Part shown: positions 30,590-41,077 of the stretch, piece by piece
Layout of the letters: the number at the start of each line of letters is the position of its first letter
Position numbering within the stretch: the first letter of the stretch is position 1
IMG/VR virus record: IMGVR_UViG_3300037234_000551
Span: 8,603-72,602 of that record
Strand: one strand, 5' to 3'
DNA: 64,000 nt
Source: a virus
Made by a program: the position numbers and the translations under genes
Notes under the pieces: generated by a model
Told to the model about the DNA's origin: nothing
Databases searched by the model: none
Seen by the model: only the letters and a program-made list of their open reading frames with translations

Positions 30590-30882
30590 CAAAAAAGAAG
30601 AAGGCAAACCTGTACAACCCAGCTAATGTTACAATAAAAGATCTCTTGGATTTAATGGTGACTCTTGCTGGTGGTCCTGTAGATGAGGAACTCACACTTA
30701 AGGAACAGGATGCAATGACTGCGGTTGCTGGAATGCTGATAAGATCTGGCTATCAAGTAACGAGATATTCTATCTTATCATATTTTGATTCTGATGACTT
30801 TGATGGAATCGAGCAACACGCACAGGTATGGATAGAAAGATTATTTGGTTCAGTGCTATGGGTGGATGATGAGAAAAGTTAA
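30586..30882 (+). CDS. hypothetical protein
   Basis: ORF in operon. Confidence 0.5.
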   Translation: MTKKKKANLYNPANVTIKDLLDLMVTLAGGPVDEELTLKEQDAMTAVAGMLIRSGYQVTRYSILSYFDSDDFDGIEQHAQVWIERLFGSVLWVDDEKS

Positions 30883-30893
30883 ATGGAGAAATT

Positions 30894-31106
30894 ATGGATG
30901 ATAAACTTTATGATTTTCTGCTCAAATTACCAAGGGCAAACCTCATTCATTTGATGTGGTCCGCTTTGGACGAAATGCAACATTACAATGGTCAACCAAG
31001 AACCGCAGCGATTGTAAAGGCGCTGGATGCAAAAGAATTAAAAGACGGATGGAAATTGCCCACGCTCAAAAAAGTAAGGGAATCCACAGACAACATTGGT
31101 CTTTAA
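30894..31106 (+). CDS. hypothetical protein
   Basis: GGAG RBS. Confidence 0.5.
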   Translation: MDDKLYDFLLKLPRANLIHLMWSALDEMQHYNGQPRTAAIVKALDAKELKDGWKLPTLKKVRESTDNIGL

Positions 31107-31124
31107 GGAGCATTATGGTGGATA

Positions 31125-33335
31125 ATGAGAAAAGTTAAATTCAAAAAGGCAGGAGCTGAGAACTTTTGTTGTTACATTGAACCAGTTGAGATCGAATTTA
31201 AAGGAGGTCAACTCGTTCTTATAAGCGGTCCTAACGGAGTTGGTAAGTCGACTCTATTCGATATAATTCCATTTACATTCTATGGAGTTACAACGAAGAA
31301 TTCGAGAGCAGATGATGTAGTAAATACAACCGTTGGTAAGAATTGTAAGACATGGGTTGAGTTCGATGTTGATAATATTGAATTCTTAGCTGAGCGTTAT
31401 CATAAGTTTACCAAAGTCGGAAGTACCGTTATCTTGAAAGAGAAGAGAAATGGGAAATTCGTTGACATTGGAAAAGGTCATAGGGAGGTCAAACCGATAA
31501 TTGAGCGTCTCATTACTCCTGAGAAACTCTTTATGAATACCCTACTGTTTGGCCAAAAGGTTAAGAATTTCTTTACTGACCTAACTGACTCTCAGCAAAA
31601 GGAAATATTTAGGAAGATATTAACGTTAGATGATTATGTCACATATTCAAAGGTATCTACTGAGATCCTTAGTGAAGTTGAGAAAATCATACTTTCAATT
31701 GAAGGTGATATAAAAACTCAAGAGATTTTAATTGAGGAAACAAAATCTCTGATCGCTCATTTCGAACTTGAGAAAAGAAAGTTCTATGATCAAAAGCAAG
31801 TTGAACTTGAATTTCAAAATACTCGTTACAGGAAAAGACAAGAAGATGTAAATACTCTAGAGGTCTCTATCAAGGAGTATATGGACTTAGACCTTGAGTC
31901 AGAAATGAGTAAGAACTCTGAGCAAATCAATCAGACATATTCAAAGTTGTCTTCAATTGCTTCAGATATAGAAGCTAACATTAATGAAGTAAAGTCAAAG
32001 GCAGCATTGAAACTTTCAGAAATGAATACCGTTGCTGACGATACGAAGCGGAAGGCACATGAGAAACTTGCAGATGCTATTTACAAAGTTGACAAAATAC
32101 TTAATGAAGAAGATAAAGAATTGCTGTTAAGTATTAATGAGATAGAAAATCAGAAATCCCAGATGAGACTGAAATCAGTTACTAATGGTGACAGAATTCA
32201 TGTAATGCTTGAACAGACTAAAGAGTTTAGTAATGCCATATTGGACGGACAGGTGTCAGTATGTCCAACTTGCAAGCAAGAAATTGATGAACCAACTGTC
32301 ACAATTCTTAATGAGCACCTGGATGAAATAAATACAAAAATTGAACAGCTTCGGCAAGAGAATTCCGAAATAGATAAAGAAGTTCTTAAACTACAGGGAG
32401 AAGTTGAAAAACAACACATTGAACTCGCAGAGATAAAGGCAAAGGCAAGCAGGGAAGCAAAGACTCATCGAGATGCCCACGCAGAGATAATTGAAGGAAT
32501 TGATAAGAAACTTGGTGAACTTACAGAGCAAATAAATGAGTTAACAATCCAGGCAATTGATGGTATTCGAGAGGAGTCTGAAAAGAAAAGAAAGTTTTTA
32601 GACCTGGAGTTGGAGAATTTGAGGAATAAGGCGGCTGGTCTTCAAGCTAAACTTGATCACCGCATAACCCTTGAGAAAGATCTTGCGGGTCTGGAGTCCG
32701 AGCTAAAATCAATTGAAGAAATGATTAAGTCAATCGAAGAAAAGGAGTATGACGAGATTCACCTAAGAGAAGCAATTCAAAAAGAGGAAGTGCTTATTGG
32801 AGCAGTTGTAACTCTCAAGAAAGACTTGGAGATTGAGAAGAAGGAAATAAAAGTCCTTGAGTTTTGGAAAGGAGCTTTCTCATCTGCTGGTATTCCAAGT
32901 ATGTTAATTGATGAATCAATTCCCTTTATGAATAGGAGGATATCATATTACTTGGAGAGAATTGCAGGTGGAAGATATATTGTGTCATTCGATACGTTGA
33001 AAGCTACAAAAGCTGGAGAGATGAGAGACAAAATTTCAGTGAATGTTCTTGACACCAAGACCAAGGCAAACTCACGAGTACAATTTTCAGGAGGTCAGAC
33101 AAGACTTGTAGACATCGCCACCATTTTAACCCTTGGCGATCTACAAAATCTCATCCATGATATGCAGTTTAACATCATATTATTTGACGAGATATTTGAT
33201 GCACTCGACGATGAAAATATATCGTATGTATCAAAGTTGCTTCGTTCACTTATAAATGAAGATAAGAGTATATTTATTATTAGTCATAGACATATTGATC
33301 AAATTGATGCAGATGAAAATTTGAGATTTCTGTAG
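31125..33335 (+). CDS. sbcC: SbcC/Rad50-like ABC ATPase
   Basis: GPNGVGKS, long coiled coil with CPTC zinc hook, FSGGQ signature, LFDE, ISH. Confidence 0.92.
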   Translation: MRKVKFKKAGAENFCCYIEPVEIEFKGGQLVLISGPNGVGKSTLFDIIPFTFYGVTTKNSRADDVVNTTVGKNCKTWVEFDVDNIEFLAERYHKFTKVGSTVILKEKRNGKFVDIGKGHREVKPIIERLITPEKLFMNTLLFGQKVKNFFTDLTDSQQKEIFRKILTLDDYVTYSKVSTEILSEVEKIILSIEGDIKTQEILIEETKSLIAHFELEKRKFYDQKQVELEFQNTRYRKRQEDVNTLEVSIKEYMDLDLESEMSKNSEQINQTYSKLSSIASDIEANINEVKSKAALKLSEMNTVADDTKRKAHEKLADAIYKVDKILNEEDKELLLSINEIENQKSQMRLKSVTNGDRIHVMLEQTKEFSNAILDGQVSVCPTCKQEIDEPTVTILNEHLDEINTKIEQLRQENSEIDKEVLKLQGEVEKQHIELAEIKAKASREAKTHRDAHAEIIEGIDKKLGELTEQINELTIQAIDGIREESEKKRKFLDLELENLRNKAAGLQAKLDHRITLEKDLAGLESELKSIEEMIKSIEEKEYDEIHLREAIQKEEVLIGAVVTLKKDLEIEKKEIKVLEFWKGAFSSAGIPSMLIDESIPFMNRRISYYLERIAGGRYIVSFDTLKATKAGEMRDKISVNVLDTKTKANSRVQFSGGQTRLVDIATILTLGDLQNLIHDMQFNIILFDEIFDALDDENISYVSKLLRSLINEDKSIFIISHRHIDQIDADENLRFL

Positions 33336-33424
33336 AAAGGGGGGTTTATGCCGACATGTCCATTCTGTGGTTATCGAGTTAGAAAGGGTTTAGGAAATAA
33401 GAGAAAGGTGAGAGGTACAAATAC

Positions 33425-33721
33425 ATGGGCACACAAGAGGAAAAGATGTCCAAAAAAACCAAAAGTGTACGTCGATGGACCGAGATACCCAATTCAGAGA
33501 TCAAGTATCACACCGTGATAGTATCTGATGGCCATGTCCATAGCCTACATTTAAATGGGAGATTGAAAGGGATATCTCCTACCCCGTCAAAGGTTGTAAC
33601 AGTTATGGGTAATATAGGTCCTTGTGAGGGTTGTATAGTACGACCGAACTGTGCAGAAATGTGTGATGCAAAGGAGACTGCCTTAGTCTATGACATGATG
33701 ACCAGGAGGGAAAGGACTTAA
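33425..33721 (+). CDS. small PCxxC(L/I)x4Cx3C-family protein
   Basis: PCEGCIVRPNCAEMC; start uncertain. Confidence 0.5.
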   Translation: MGTQEEKMSKKTKSVRRWTEIPNSEIKYHTVIVSDGHVHSLHLNGRLKGISPTPSKVVTVMGNIGPCEGCIVRPNCAEMCDAKETALVYDMMTRRERT

Positions 33722-33924
33722 TGATAGAAGTCAAGTCGTGTATTCTAACTATTGGCAGAATATCAATGTACACTTCTAAGACAGTAGCTGAAACTAAGGG
33801 TTATAAGTCGAGATATCTAAAAAGGAGTAAAGAACCTATCGTAAATAATCCCTGTGATAGTTGCCTGATTATTTCCACTTGTACTGTCTGGTGTGATGAG
33901 AAGAAAGAGTATCTTTGGGAGTGA
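33721..33924 (+). CDS. small PCxxCLx4Cx3C-family protein
   Basis: PCDSCLIISTCTVWC. Confidence 0.55.
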   Translation: MIEVKSCILTIGRISMYTSKTVAETKGYKSRYLKRSKEPIVNNPCDSCLIISTCTVWCDEKKEYLWE

Positions 33925-33926
33925 AG

Positions 33927-34991
33927 ATGGATAAAATTCAAATTGTAAGTTGGCTCTTGACAAGGAGGTGTAATCTCTCCTGTGATTACTGCAGGATTGC
34001 GAGAGATTACAAAGCTAGACCGAAGAACGACTATCCATCTTTGGGTCATTACCTTAAGATGGAAATGTCAACGGGTTATGTGCTTGAATGTCTGGGCCGA
34101 CTTCATGCACATAATCCAAATTGCTTTCACATTTTGTATGGCGGCGAACCCTTACTAAGAAAGGATCTACCAGAGATTGTAAACTATTGTAATGACAATG
34201 ATATTAACTACACTATCATAACTAACAACAGCGATGAAGTTCAGCCAATGTTAGAAAATTTGATAGAGAAAACTGATTATATTACTGGACTGACATCCTC
34301 AATTGATCCAATCATCTTCTCAGCGGAGGAGGAATCGGACCGGGTCAAAAAGAGCATCAAGGGTCTTGAACGGCTAAGAAAGTATCGAGAGTGTATAAAA
34401 GATCTCGTTGCTGAGATAACCGTTGATAGCAAAACAGTTGGTCATTTATATCAACTTGTTTATGAGCTAACTCAACTGGGCATAAGCAGCGACATCACAG
34501 TCATTGACATCGCAAAGAGTCCATACTATGACTTTGCTCATATTACGGACTCGGATCTGCTAGTGCAGAAAGACAGTGTACTTCTAGATGCTTTCGGTCG
34601 AATCCTTGACAACAAACTAGATGTTCATATGGCCTCGGTCCTCCTCCCTGCGATAGTAAGTATACTTCCGGCAGAGTTGGATTGTGAAATTGAAAAGGAC
34701 GTGCACAACTTAACAATTGATGCAGATGGATCAGTTAGACTATGCCTTAGGATCAGGGGTAAGTCAACTCCGTCAATAAAAGCAATCAATTATATAAGTG
34801 AGGACGGACGTCTTAATCCTGTGTTGAAGAAGATGCTTGCAAAGGATAAGAAAAATTTCTGTCGGAAGTGTAACTGGACTTGTATGATTATGTCCAAATT
34901 GTTGTCGAAGAATCCAAATCTCTTTGATGACTTAATCCATAAGGAAAGGAGGGCAGATGGTAAAAAGGGCGTCTCCAAAATCAATGCATGA
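33927..34991 (+). CDS. radical SAM enzyme with SPASM/twitch-like C-terminus
   Basis: CNLSCDYC, GGEPLLR, IDADGSVRLC...CRKCNWTC. Confidence 0.88.
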   Translation: MDKIQIVSWLLTRRCNLSCDYCRIARDYKARPKNDYPSLGHYLKMEMSTGYVLECLGRLHAHNPNCFHILYGGEPLLRKDLPEIVNYCNDNDINYTIITNNSDEVQPMLENLIEKTDYITGLTSSIDPIIFSAEEESDRVKKSIKGLERLRKYRECIKDLVAEITVDSKTVGHLYQLVYELTQLGISSDITVIDIAKSPYYDFAHITDSDLLVQKDSVLLDAFGRILDNKLDVHMASVLLPAIVSILPAELDCEIEKDVHNLTIDADGSVRLCLRIRGKSTPSIKAINYISEDGRLNPVLKKMLAKDKKNFCRKCNWTCMIMSKLLSKNPNLFDDLIHKERRADGKKGVSKINA

Positions 34992-35397
34992 ACGTGGTTT
35001 GGAGACTAAAGAAGGTTTGTTTAAGAAGTATGGATTGACCGGAAAATTTGATAGAAATACCATTGTAGATTATGTTTGCAGAACTGGCCTGAGACCTAGT
35101 TCCAGAGGAAGAATTAACACAATTATCAAATATCTAATTTACCAGAAACACATAAGGCCTGCAGACAATGGGAAGTTTACTGTTTGGTATAGAGATAAGG
35201 GAGAAAAACCTGCACCAGATGTAGAAGTTACAACTGTGGTGAAAGAGTGGAGTGTTCCAACAGAGGTGTTCCTTGAGAAAATTTATCCTCATCTAAAAGG
35301 CTCTAAACTTAATGTGAGTCTTGAGAGTACTCCACTAAATATTAGCTTCCTTGCAGAGTTGCAACAACTTCTTGGGAAGTATTTTGGAGGTACCTGA
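34957..35397 (+). CDS. hypothetical basic protein
   Basis: AGGAGG RBS. Confidence 0.55.
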   Translation: MVKRASPKSMHERGLETKEGLFKKYGLTGKFDRNTIVDYVCRTGLRPSSRGRINTIIKYLIYQKHIRPADNGKFTVWYRDKGEKPAPDVEVTTVVKEWSVPTEVFLEKIYPHLKGSKLNVSLESTPLNISFLAELQQLLGKYFGGT

Positions 35398-35703
35398 ATG
35401 GCGGATGATGTAATCAAGAGCGCAGTTGAGTTTCTTGAGAGAATCAAGGCTGAAGATGAGGTCACCATAAAGTTCAGAAAAAAGAACAATGAGGAAAGAA
35501 TAATGAGGTGCACTCTCAACTTTGGTAAAATTCCGAAAGAAAAGCATCCAAAGGATGTGAACCTTGCAAAGATCCTCAAACTAATAGATAAGCACAAGAT
35601 TATTCATGTGTATGATCTTGATAAGAATGATTGGAGAAGTGTCCCTTTTGACAGGACTGAGTGGCTTAGGACTGCTGAGAAACAATATGCGGTAAGAAAG
35701 TAG
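35398..35703 (+). CDS. phage SH3-fold/WYL_2 (DUF2693)-like protein
   Basis: VTIKFRKKNNEERIMRCTL...VYDLDKNDWRSV. Confidence 0.7.
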   Translation: MADDVIKSAVEFLERIKAEDEVTIKFRKKNNEERIMRCTLNFGKIPKEKHPKDVNLAKILKLIDKHKIIHVYDLDKNDWRSVPFDRTEWLRTAEKQYAVRK

Positions 35704-35710
35704 AGGGATA

Positions 35711-36073
35711 ATGAGGATCCAGAAGAACTTCGTAATGGGTACGTTGGAGGTTGCACCTGAGGAAGGGAGGCTATGGTTAAAGACCCAAAGTTGTGATTTG
35801 AGAGTAAGCAAACTTTCATTCAAGAATGTTGAAGAATCATTTTCGATGATAGATATACAGGGCGGTCAAGCTGTTATGGTGCCTGAAGCTGAAGAATATG
35901 ATGAGACAATGTTAAACTTTGTTGGTAGTATCTACAGTTGTGTTCAGGCAGAGTCAGTAAATAGGGAGATGAGAGGCCAAGATAAACAAGAATTCCTGGA
36001 CCACGTTCTTAAAGCTGTACAGAGTTGTGTGTCCACTTTTGAAAAAGGAAAGGGAAATGTCTATCCTAAATGA
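35711..36073 (+). CDS. hypothetical protein
   Basis: ORF in operon. Confidence 0.5.
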   Translation: MRIQKNFVMGTLEVAPEEGRLWLKTQSCDLRVSKLSFKNVEESFSMIDIQGGQAVMVPEAEEYDETMLNFVGSIYSCVQAESVNREMRGQDKQEFLDHVLKAVQSCVSTFEKGKGNVYPK

Positions 36074-36422
36074 ACTTTTGGCGAAGGTTGCATCAGCTGA
36101 ATTGGATGAGCAAGTCAAGCAGCTATGTGATGTGATTTTTGAAGAAGAAAAAGATAATATAAAACATATGGATGGTTTACCCACAGGCCCAAACATCTTT
36201 CTCTGTCTAGAAGTACCAGGTAGAAAACAAGGAGAAGTTGCCTTTGTTGCTCTTGAGAGAGAAGCGAAGGAACAGTATATAACAAGTATTTGGGTGAAAG
36301 GACCACCTTCCTCGGTGGACAAACCAGCTAGGAGAATTAAAGCAACCGAACTAAAGGAGGTAAAGGCTGAAAAAATTCTTCTACACTTTGCAGAAACTTA
36401 TAAACATATGAAGGGAGATTAG
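36057..36422 (+). CDS. hypothetical protein
   Basis: ORF in operon. Confidence 0.5.
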   Translation: MSILNELLAKVASAELDEQVKQLCDVIFEEEKDNIKHMDGLPTGPNIFLCLEVPGRKQGEVAFVALEREAKEQYITSIWVKGPPSSVDKPARRIKATELKEVKAEKILLHFAETYKHMKGD

Positions 36423-36425
36423 GGT

Positions 36426-36863
36426 ATGGTATCCGAGAACTTGAGACGAGAAAATCTGGAAGGCAAAACAATTGTTGATTTAAACCAACTTTGCCGTGAC
36501 TACGATGTCAAAGGAGTTATCGGCCGTCCGAAGGGAGACATGGTTAATTACATGGTAGCCTTCAATGAGGGTCGTCCGGTTGAAGAGGTTATGACCGAGC
36601 AGGGTCAGGTACAACCACCGACTCCACCTCCAGATTCTGGAACTCCTGGAAGTGAACCTGAGGCAGCTGGCGGATCGCCCGAGGGTTGGCAGAATCTCAG
36701 TGAGGTTACTGAGGAGGGTGAGGAAGTTGGAGAAGCAACTCCAGAGACACCTCCAGAGGCACCCACACCAGAGACTCAAGCTGAGGCTGTACAGCCAGAG
36801 ACAAGTGAGCCTGCTGAGGAGGAGTCGACTGAACCTGAGACCGTTCAGTCTCAATCTGTCTAG
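36426..36863 (+). CDS. Rho-N/HeH-like domain protein with acidic P/E-rich tail
   Basis: LEGKTIVDLNQLCRDYDVKG...K.DMVNYM. Confidence 0.55.
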   Translation: MVSENLRRENLEGKTIVDLNQLCRDYDVKGVIGRPKGDMVNYMVAFNEGRPVEEVMTEQGQVQPPTPPPDSGTPGSEPEAAGGSPEGWQNLSEVTEEGEEVGEATPETPPEAPTPETQAEAVQPETSEPAEEESTEPETVQSQSV

Positions 36864-36880
36864 TCTCTGAGGAGTAGGCG

Positions 36881-39385
36881 ATGAAGCGTGAAAGAAGTGA
36901 GATAATCATAAGTGAAAAGTTTTCCAGTCTTTGTTTATCTGATTATGAAGTTGGTAAAGAAGATGAATCAACTCCTAAGATAAGACAAAGAATGTTAAAT
37001 ACAACCGACTTAGTTAACCGTTTAATGACTAGAGTGGCTAATCGCCGGCCAGATGAAATTCTTCCTCAGAATTGTCGATTCATTCAACCTATAAGCACTG
37101 GAGGGAGGGTCGTAGTTATTGAAGACCCTCCCTGCTCCAGAACAATTCGGTTGGACATGGATTTGGAGCACAATATTGAGAAGTTGAGGAAGACTGGAAA
37201 ATTGAAACACTATGGTTATACTCAGAAATTGCTGAAGATGTATCGAGGACCTAGACCCTATAAACTTATACTAGGTTTTCCATATATTGTTTACATAATG
37301 AGTCTTACCACACACTATGAGCTAAATGGCCTTAAGATTTTCTATCGACTGCACCCGATAACTAGTCCATCAGACTATCTGTTTACTCCAAACTTGTTGA
37401 ATATTGATGGTAGTTATAATGTGTGCTTGGGAGAAGGTTCAGCTTATGGTAATAGCACTCCAGAAACCTGTACTAGAGCTCTCAATAGATTTTGGAACAA
37501 TAGTTTTAATACAGATTATCTTCATGCATATAAAAGCTATGAAGATGTTGGAGAAGTGTCCGATTTTCTAACCTGGCAATATTACACACATCGAGATCCG
37601 ATGTTTGTGTTTAATGTGAAATGGAAAGCTCATAAAAGAACCCTTAAAGAGGAAATCAGTAGGATATCAGGTCATAGAAGACTGAAACCAAAAAGTTACA
37701 ATTTCTATAACCTTACTGAATTATTTACCGAACCCGTTATGACAGACGAGAGGAAAGTTTTTCTTGATCCATGTGAAAGTGTAATATTGGGTAATGAAGT
37801 ACTTTCTATAGGTGATAAGATTGACATTGATGGTGAAGTATATTGGGTTAGCGGATTTAAAGGTATGATTGGCTATCCTGCACAAGCGGTTATGCTTATA
37901 GATGATAATAATGAGTTGTCTGAAAAGCTGTTGACTGAGAAGTTGAGGGATGACTTAGCCAAGAAGTTGGTTAAAGTAAACATCATAAAGTCTCTCGAAT
38001 TAAAGAATGGAGTTACCATAAAACCTGGAGATGTTGTTGAGTTGAGTCAACCATTTAAAAGTTACCGTAAGGTAAATGAAATTAGAATTGCTCTAGATGA
38101 AAGCACTGAGGTTAAACTTGGAACAGACTATTACTTTGCCGATGCTCTAGAATTAAAGATATTTGATCAGAAGGTAAGACTGTATGACATGGAGATGGAG
38201 ATCGGTCGTGAGTATAATTTGATACATCGACAGATTGATATTCTTGTCTATATGGGACACTCTGTCGAACTTAAGGGAATTGATGTTACTAATGAAGGCA
38301 TGTTGCACGTACACTTCAAAAATGATGAGTCTGGCTATGAAGTGAATGAATCCTACGAGACTCTTGAAACTAAGTATAAGTTAGTGGAAGAGGACACTTC
38401 TGTCCATTATCCTGTCTTTCGAATTGGACCTAAGATATTTACATCTAGTAACGGAGAGCATAGGATGATGAAGGGTACTGGCATTATTTATACTGGTCTC
38501 AATCATGAGTCGTCCCTAAGGTTTGGCTACAATAAAGATCTTGCTCTGGAGCACCTTTTGTCAAATGGAGAGTTCAATCTTCCAAGTTATGATGTTGACC
38601 TAAACTTTAGGGTTGGGGATAAAGTGATTTTTGTAGATTGGGAGAACAGCCCTGAGGATATTACTGTAATAAGGGAGATAATAGGCATAAGTCGTGATGA
38701 GAACGATATTCTCAAAATAACCGCACAAAGCAATGAAGGCGACATAAGGACTATGGATTATGCTGACCTATCTCGTGCTAGAGTGCATATTGGAAAGATT
38801 AGAAAAATTGTAGAAGAGTATAACGGTCTAAGAGCGGGAACAAAGTTAAAGGCCAATGTTACGGGAATTAGTAAATTTCCCAAGAAAGATGTAAATCAAA
38901 TCATTGGTTTTATAACTGATACTGGAACTGATGTTCCTCTTATGTTGTGTTCGAATCGTTGTACCCTTTGGGCACATGAGGATTATCTTTCCAAATTCTC
39001 ATTTCTATCTCCATCCTCTCGGTTGTGGAGTCGAGTGCAAGTTGCATCACCACCAATTAGGTTTGCGTTACAAGTTGGAGATTTTAATTTATATTCATAT
39101 TCTTCCAGATGGGCTCCATACATGATGTTCAAAGATCCCCATGGAGGGACAAGAAGATTTCCAACTACCCATATGTGCAAGTACATAACAAGTGGATCTA
39201 TATATCCAGATGAGAGAATCACAAAGTGGGGTTTACTACAACCTCGTTTTACCCAACGACAAGTTGATAGGTTTGAACTTAAGTACGTTTTTCCTAATAT
39301 GCACGGTGGTTACATAGAGGTTCCGGATAGAGCTGGTTTGAGAATGCAGGCAGATTGGAGGTGTGCATGTTCAACGTCTTCGTAG
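36881..39385 (+). CDS. prokaryotic E2 (family D-like) domain fused to a long C-terminal region
   Basis: FPYIVY...LFTPNLLNIDGSYNVCLG...FWNNSFNTD; context next to JAB, ThiF and Ubl genes. Confidence 0.65.
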   Translation: MKRERSEIIISEKFSSLCLSDYEVGKEDESTPKIRQRMLNTTDLVNRLMTRVANRRPDEILPQNCRFIQPISTGGRVVVIEDPPCSRTIRLDMDLEHNIEKLRKTGKLKHYGYTQKLLKMYRGPRPYKLILGFPYIVYIMSLTTHYELNGLKIFYRLHPITSPSDYLFTPNLLNIDGSYNVCLGEGSAYGNSTPETCTRALNRFWNNSFNTDYLHAYKSYEDVGEVSDFLTWQYYTHRDPMFVFNVKWKAHKRTLKEEISRISGHRRLKPKSYNFYNLTELFTEPVMTDERKVFLDPCESVILGNEVLSIGDKIDIDGEVYWVSGFKGMIGYPAQAVMLIDDNNELSEKLLTEKLRDDLAKKLVKVNIIKSLELKNGVTIKPGDVVELSQPFKSYRKVNEIRIALDESTEVKLGTDYYFADALELKIFDQKVRLYDMEMEIGREYNLIHRQIDILVYMGHSVELKGIDVTNEGMLHVHFKNDESGYEVNESYETLETKYKLVEEDTSVHYPVFRIGPKIFTSSNGEHRMMKGTGIIYTGLNHESSLRFGYNKDLALEHLLSNGEFNLPSYDVDLNFRVGDKVIFVDWENSPEDITVIREIIGISRDENDILKITAQSNEGDIRTMDYADLSRARVHIGKIRKIVEEYNGLRAGTKLKANVTGISKFPKKDVNQIIGFITDTGTDVPLMLCSNRCTLWAHEDYLSKFSFLSPSSRLWSRVQVASPPIRFALQVGDFNLYSYSSRWAPYMMFKDPHGGTRRFPTTHMCKYITSGSIYPDERITKWGLLQPRFTQRQVDRFELKYVFPNMHGGYIEVPDRAGLRMQADWRCACSTSS

Positions 39386-40368
39386 CTGACGGAAATCAAG
39401 AAGTACCTGACGACGATGTCTTTTATGTAGTCGCAGGGAACGGCATTTTCATTAGAAAGAAATTGGGAATCTTGGATGCGCTAGTTCCGGCAACTAAAAT
39501 ACCTCATTTGAATCATGTGGTTTCGTATGCAACGCTAGACTTGCCAAGAATCCCAAAAAATGATTTTGCCGAAATTGTTAGTTTCTTTAGAGAAGTTTAC
39601 GAGGAACATAAGGCTGAAGCAGTTGCTTTACTTCACTTCAATGAAGATAAAAAACATTATAAGATTCAAATACCTTTTCAAGAAGTTACTGGAGGTTCTG
39701 TTGACTATGAAAGAACTTTACCTTGGCAAGAACAGGGGTACATTCTTATGTGTACTATTCATAGTCATGCTGGATTTGGAGCTTTTCACTCCACTACAGA
39801 TCACACAGATGAGAAGCACTTTGATGGTTTACACATAACTGTTGGAGATCTCAGCAAAGACCTTCACACTATTTCAACATCAGTTGTGGTAAATGGTAAG
39901 CGCTTTATAACTGATACCCACGAGTATGTTGAAGGAGTAGAGGATATTGAGTACACTAACTATACTCAACATATGTTTCGCCCTACTTTCAAAATGGTAA
40001 AGGGGGTGAAAGTTTACGAGAAAGAAGTTAAGAAGCAGAAAGGTTTTCATGTTGAGAGTGTTCCCTTTGAGCGTACGTGGATGGACTTTGTTGAAAGAAA
40101 ATCTCCTACAGTTTATTATGTGGGATTACCACACGCTCAGCGAGGTAGGGTTCAATCCCCTGTCGATCCCAGCGAAATGCCCCACGGATCCTGGCTCCCA
40201 CATTGGTACAGACGTCACGGAATCGTCATTAACCCCGACGAGTACGACCCTTTTGACGGTCTTGAACCGGATGAAGGTGGTGGTGGATTCTATACTGGGC
40301 AAGAAGTGTTCCACCAACAAGAACTCCCCCTAATTCCTGAAGATAAAGAGGAGTCTGGCGATGATTAA
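39367..40368 (+). CDS. JAB/JAMM metalloprotease (deubiquitinase-like)
   Basis: EAVALL...TIHSHAGFGAFHSTTDHTDE (E...HxH...SxxD). Confidence 0.85.
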   Translation: MFNVFVADGNQEVPDDDVFYVVAGNGIFIRKKLGILDALVPATKIPHLNHVVSYATLDLPRIPKNDFAEIVSFFREVYEEHKAEAVALLHFNEDKKHYKIQIPFQEVTGGSVDYERTLPWQEQGYILMCTIHSHAGFGAFHSTTDHTDEKHFDGLHITVGDLSKDLHTISTSVVVNGKRFITDTHEYVEGVEDIEYTNYTQHMFRPTFKMVKGVKVYEKEVKKQKGFHVESVPFERTWMDFVERKSPTVYYVGLPHAQRGRVQSPVDPSEMPHGSWLPHWYRRHGIVINPDEYDPFDGLEPDEGGGGFYTGQEVFHQQELPLIPEDKEESGDD

Positions 40369-41065
40369 CCCCCCTTCTGAGTTATCCATCAAAGTCATAG
40401 GTATAGGTGGAGTCGGTACAATCCTGGCAGATAAACTTTCCAGATTCCTGAATTATGGTAATGGAGTTGATACCAGGATTACTTTTGTAGATGGAGATAC
40501 CTTTGAACCAAAGAACAGAGATAGGCAAGAATTTGCAATCGCTGGAGGCAAGAAGTCATTAGTAAAGGCCTCCGAGTTTCAAGAGAAGTATCACGAATTA
40601 AATTACAGTGCATTTGATGAATATGTTAATCCCCGTAATGTAGGTACGTTTATCAAATCGGGAGACATAGTCTTCGTATGCGTAGATAATCATAAGACGA
40701 GAAAAATAATCTCAGATTTTACCAAAACACTCAGTGACATTGTTGTAATATCAGGAGGGAATGAGTTCACTGATGGCAATGTTCAAATCTTTGTCAGAAG
40801 GGAGGGTAGAAGTTTAACCCCGTCATTGAGTGATTACCACCCGGAAATTGAACATCCAAAGGACAGGACACCGGGTGAAATGACTTGCGAGGAATTAGCA
40901 CAATCAGAACCCCAGTTATTCTTCACAAACCTTGGAGTTGCAACGTTTATGTGCTTTGCATTCTACAATACTGTTGTGAAGAATAACCCCAGTTACTCTG
41001 AAGTATACTTCGATGTCCTATCAATGAAAGCAGATTCGAAATCCAGAAAACCCTTAGATTCTTAA
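40361..41065 (+). CDS. ThiF/E1-like ubiquitin-activating enzyme
   Basis: VIGIGGVG, VDGD.FEPKN.DRQ, CVDNHKTR, candidate catalytic TCEE. Confidence 0.88.
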   Translation: MINPPSELSIKVIGIGGVGTILADKLSRFLNYGNGVDTRITFVDGDTFEPKNRDRQEFAIAGGKKSLVKASEFQEKYHELNYSAFDEYVNPRNVGTFIKSGDIVFVCVDNHKTRKIISDFTKTLSDIVVISGGNEFTDGNVQIFVRREGRSLTPSLSDYHPEIEHPKDRTPGEMTCEELAQSEPQLFFTNLGVATFMCFAFYNTVVKNNPSYSEVYFDVLSMKADSKSRKPLDS

Positions 41066-41077
41066 AGGAGATCGGAA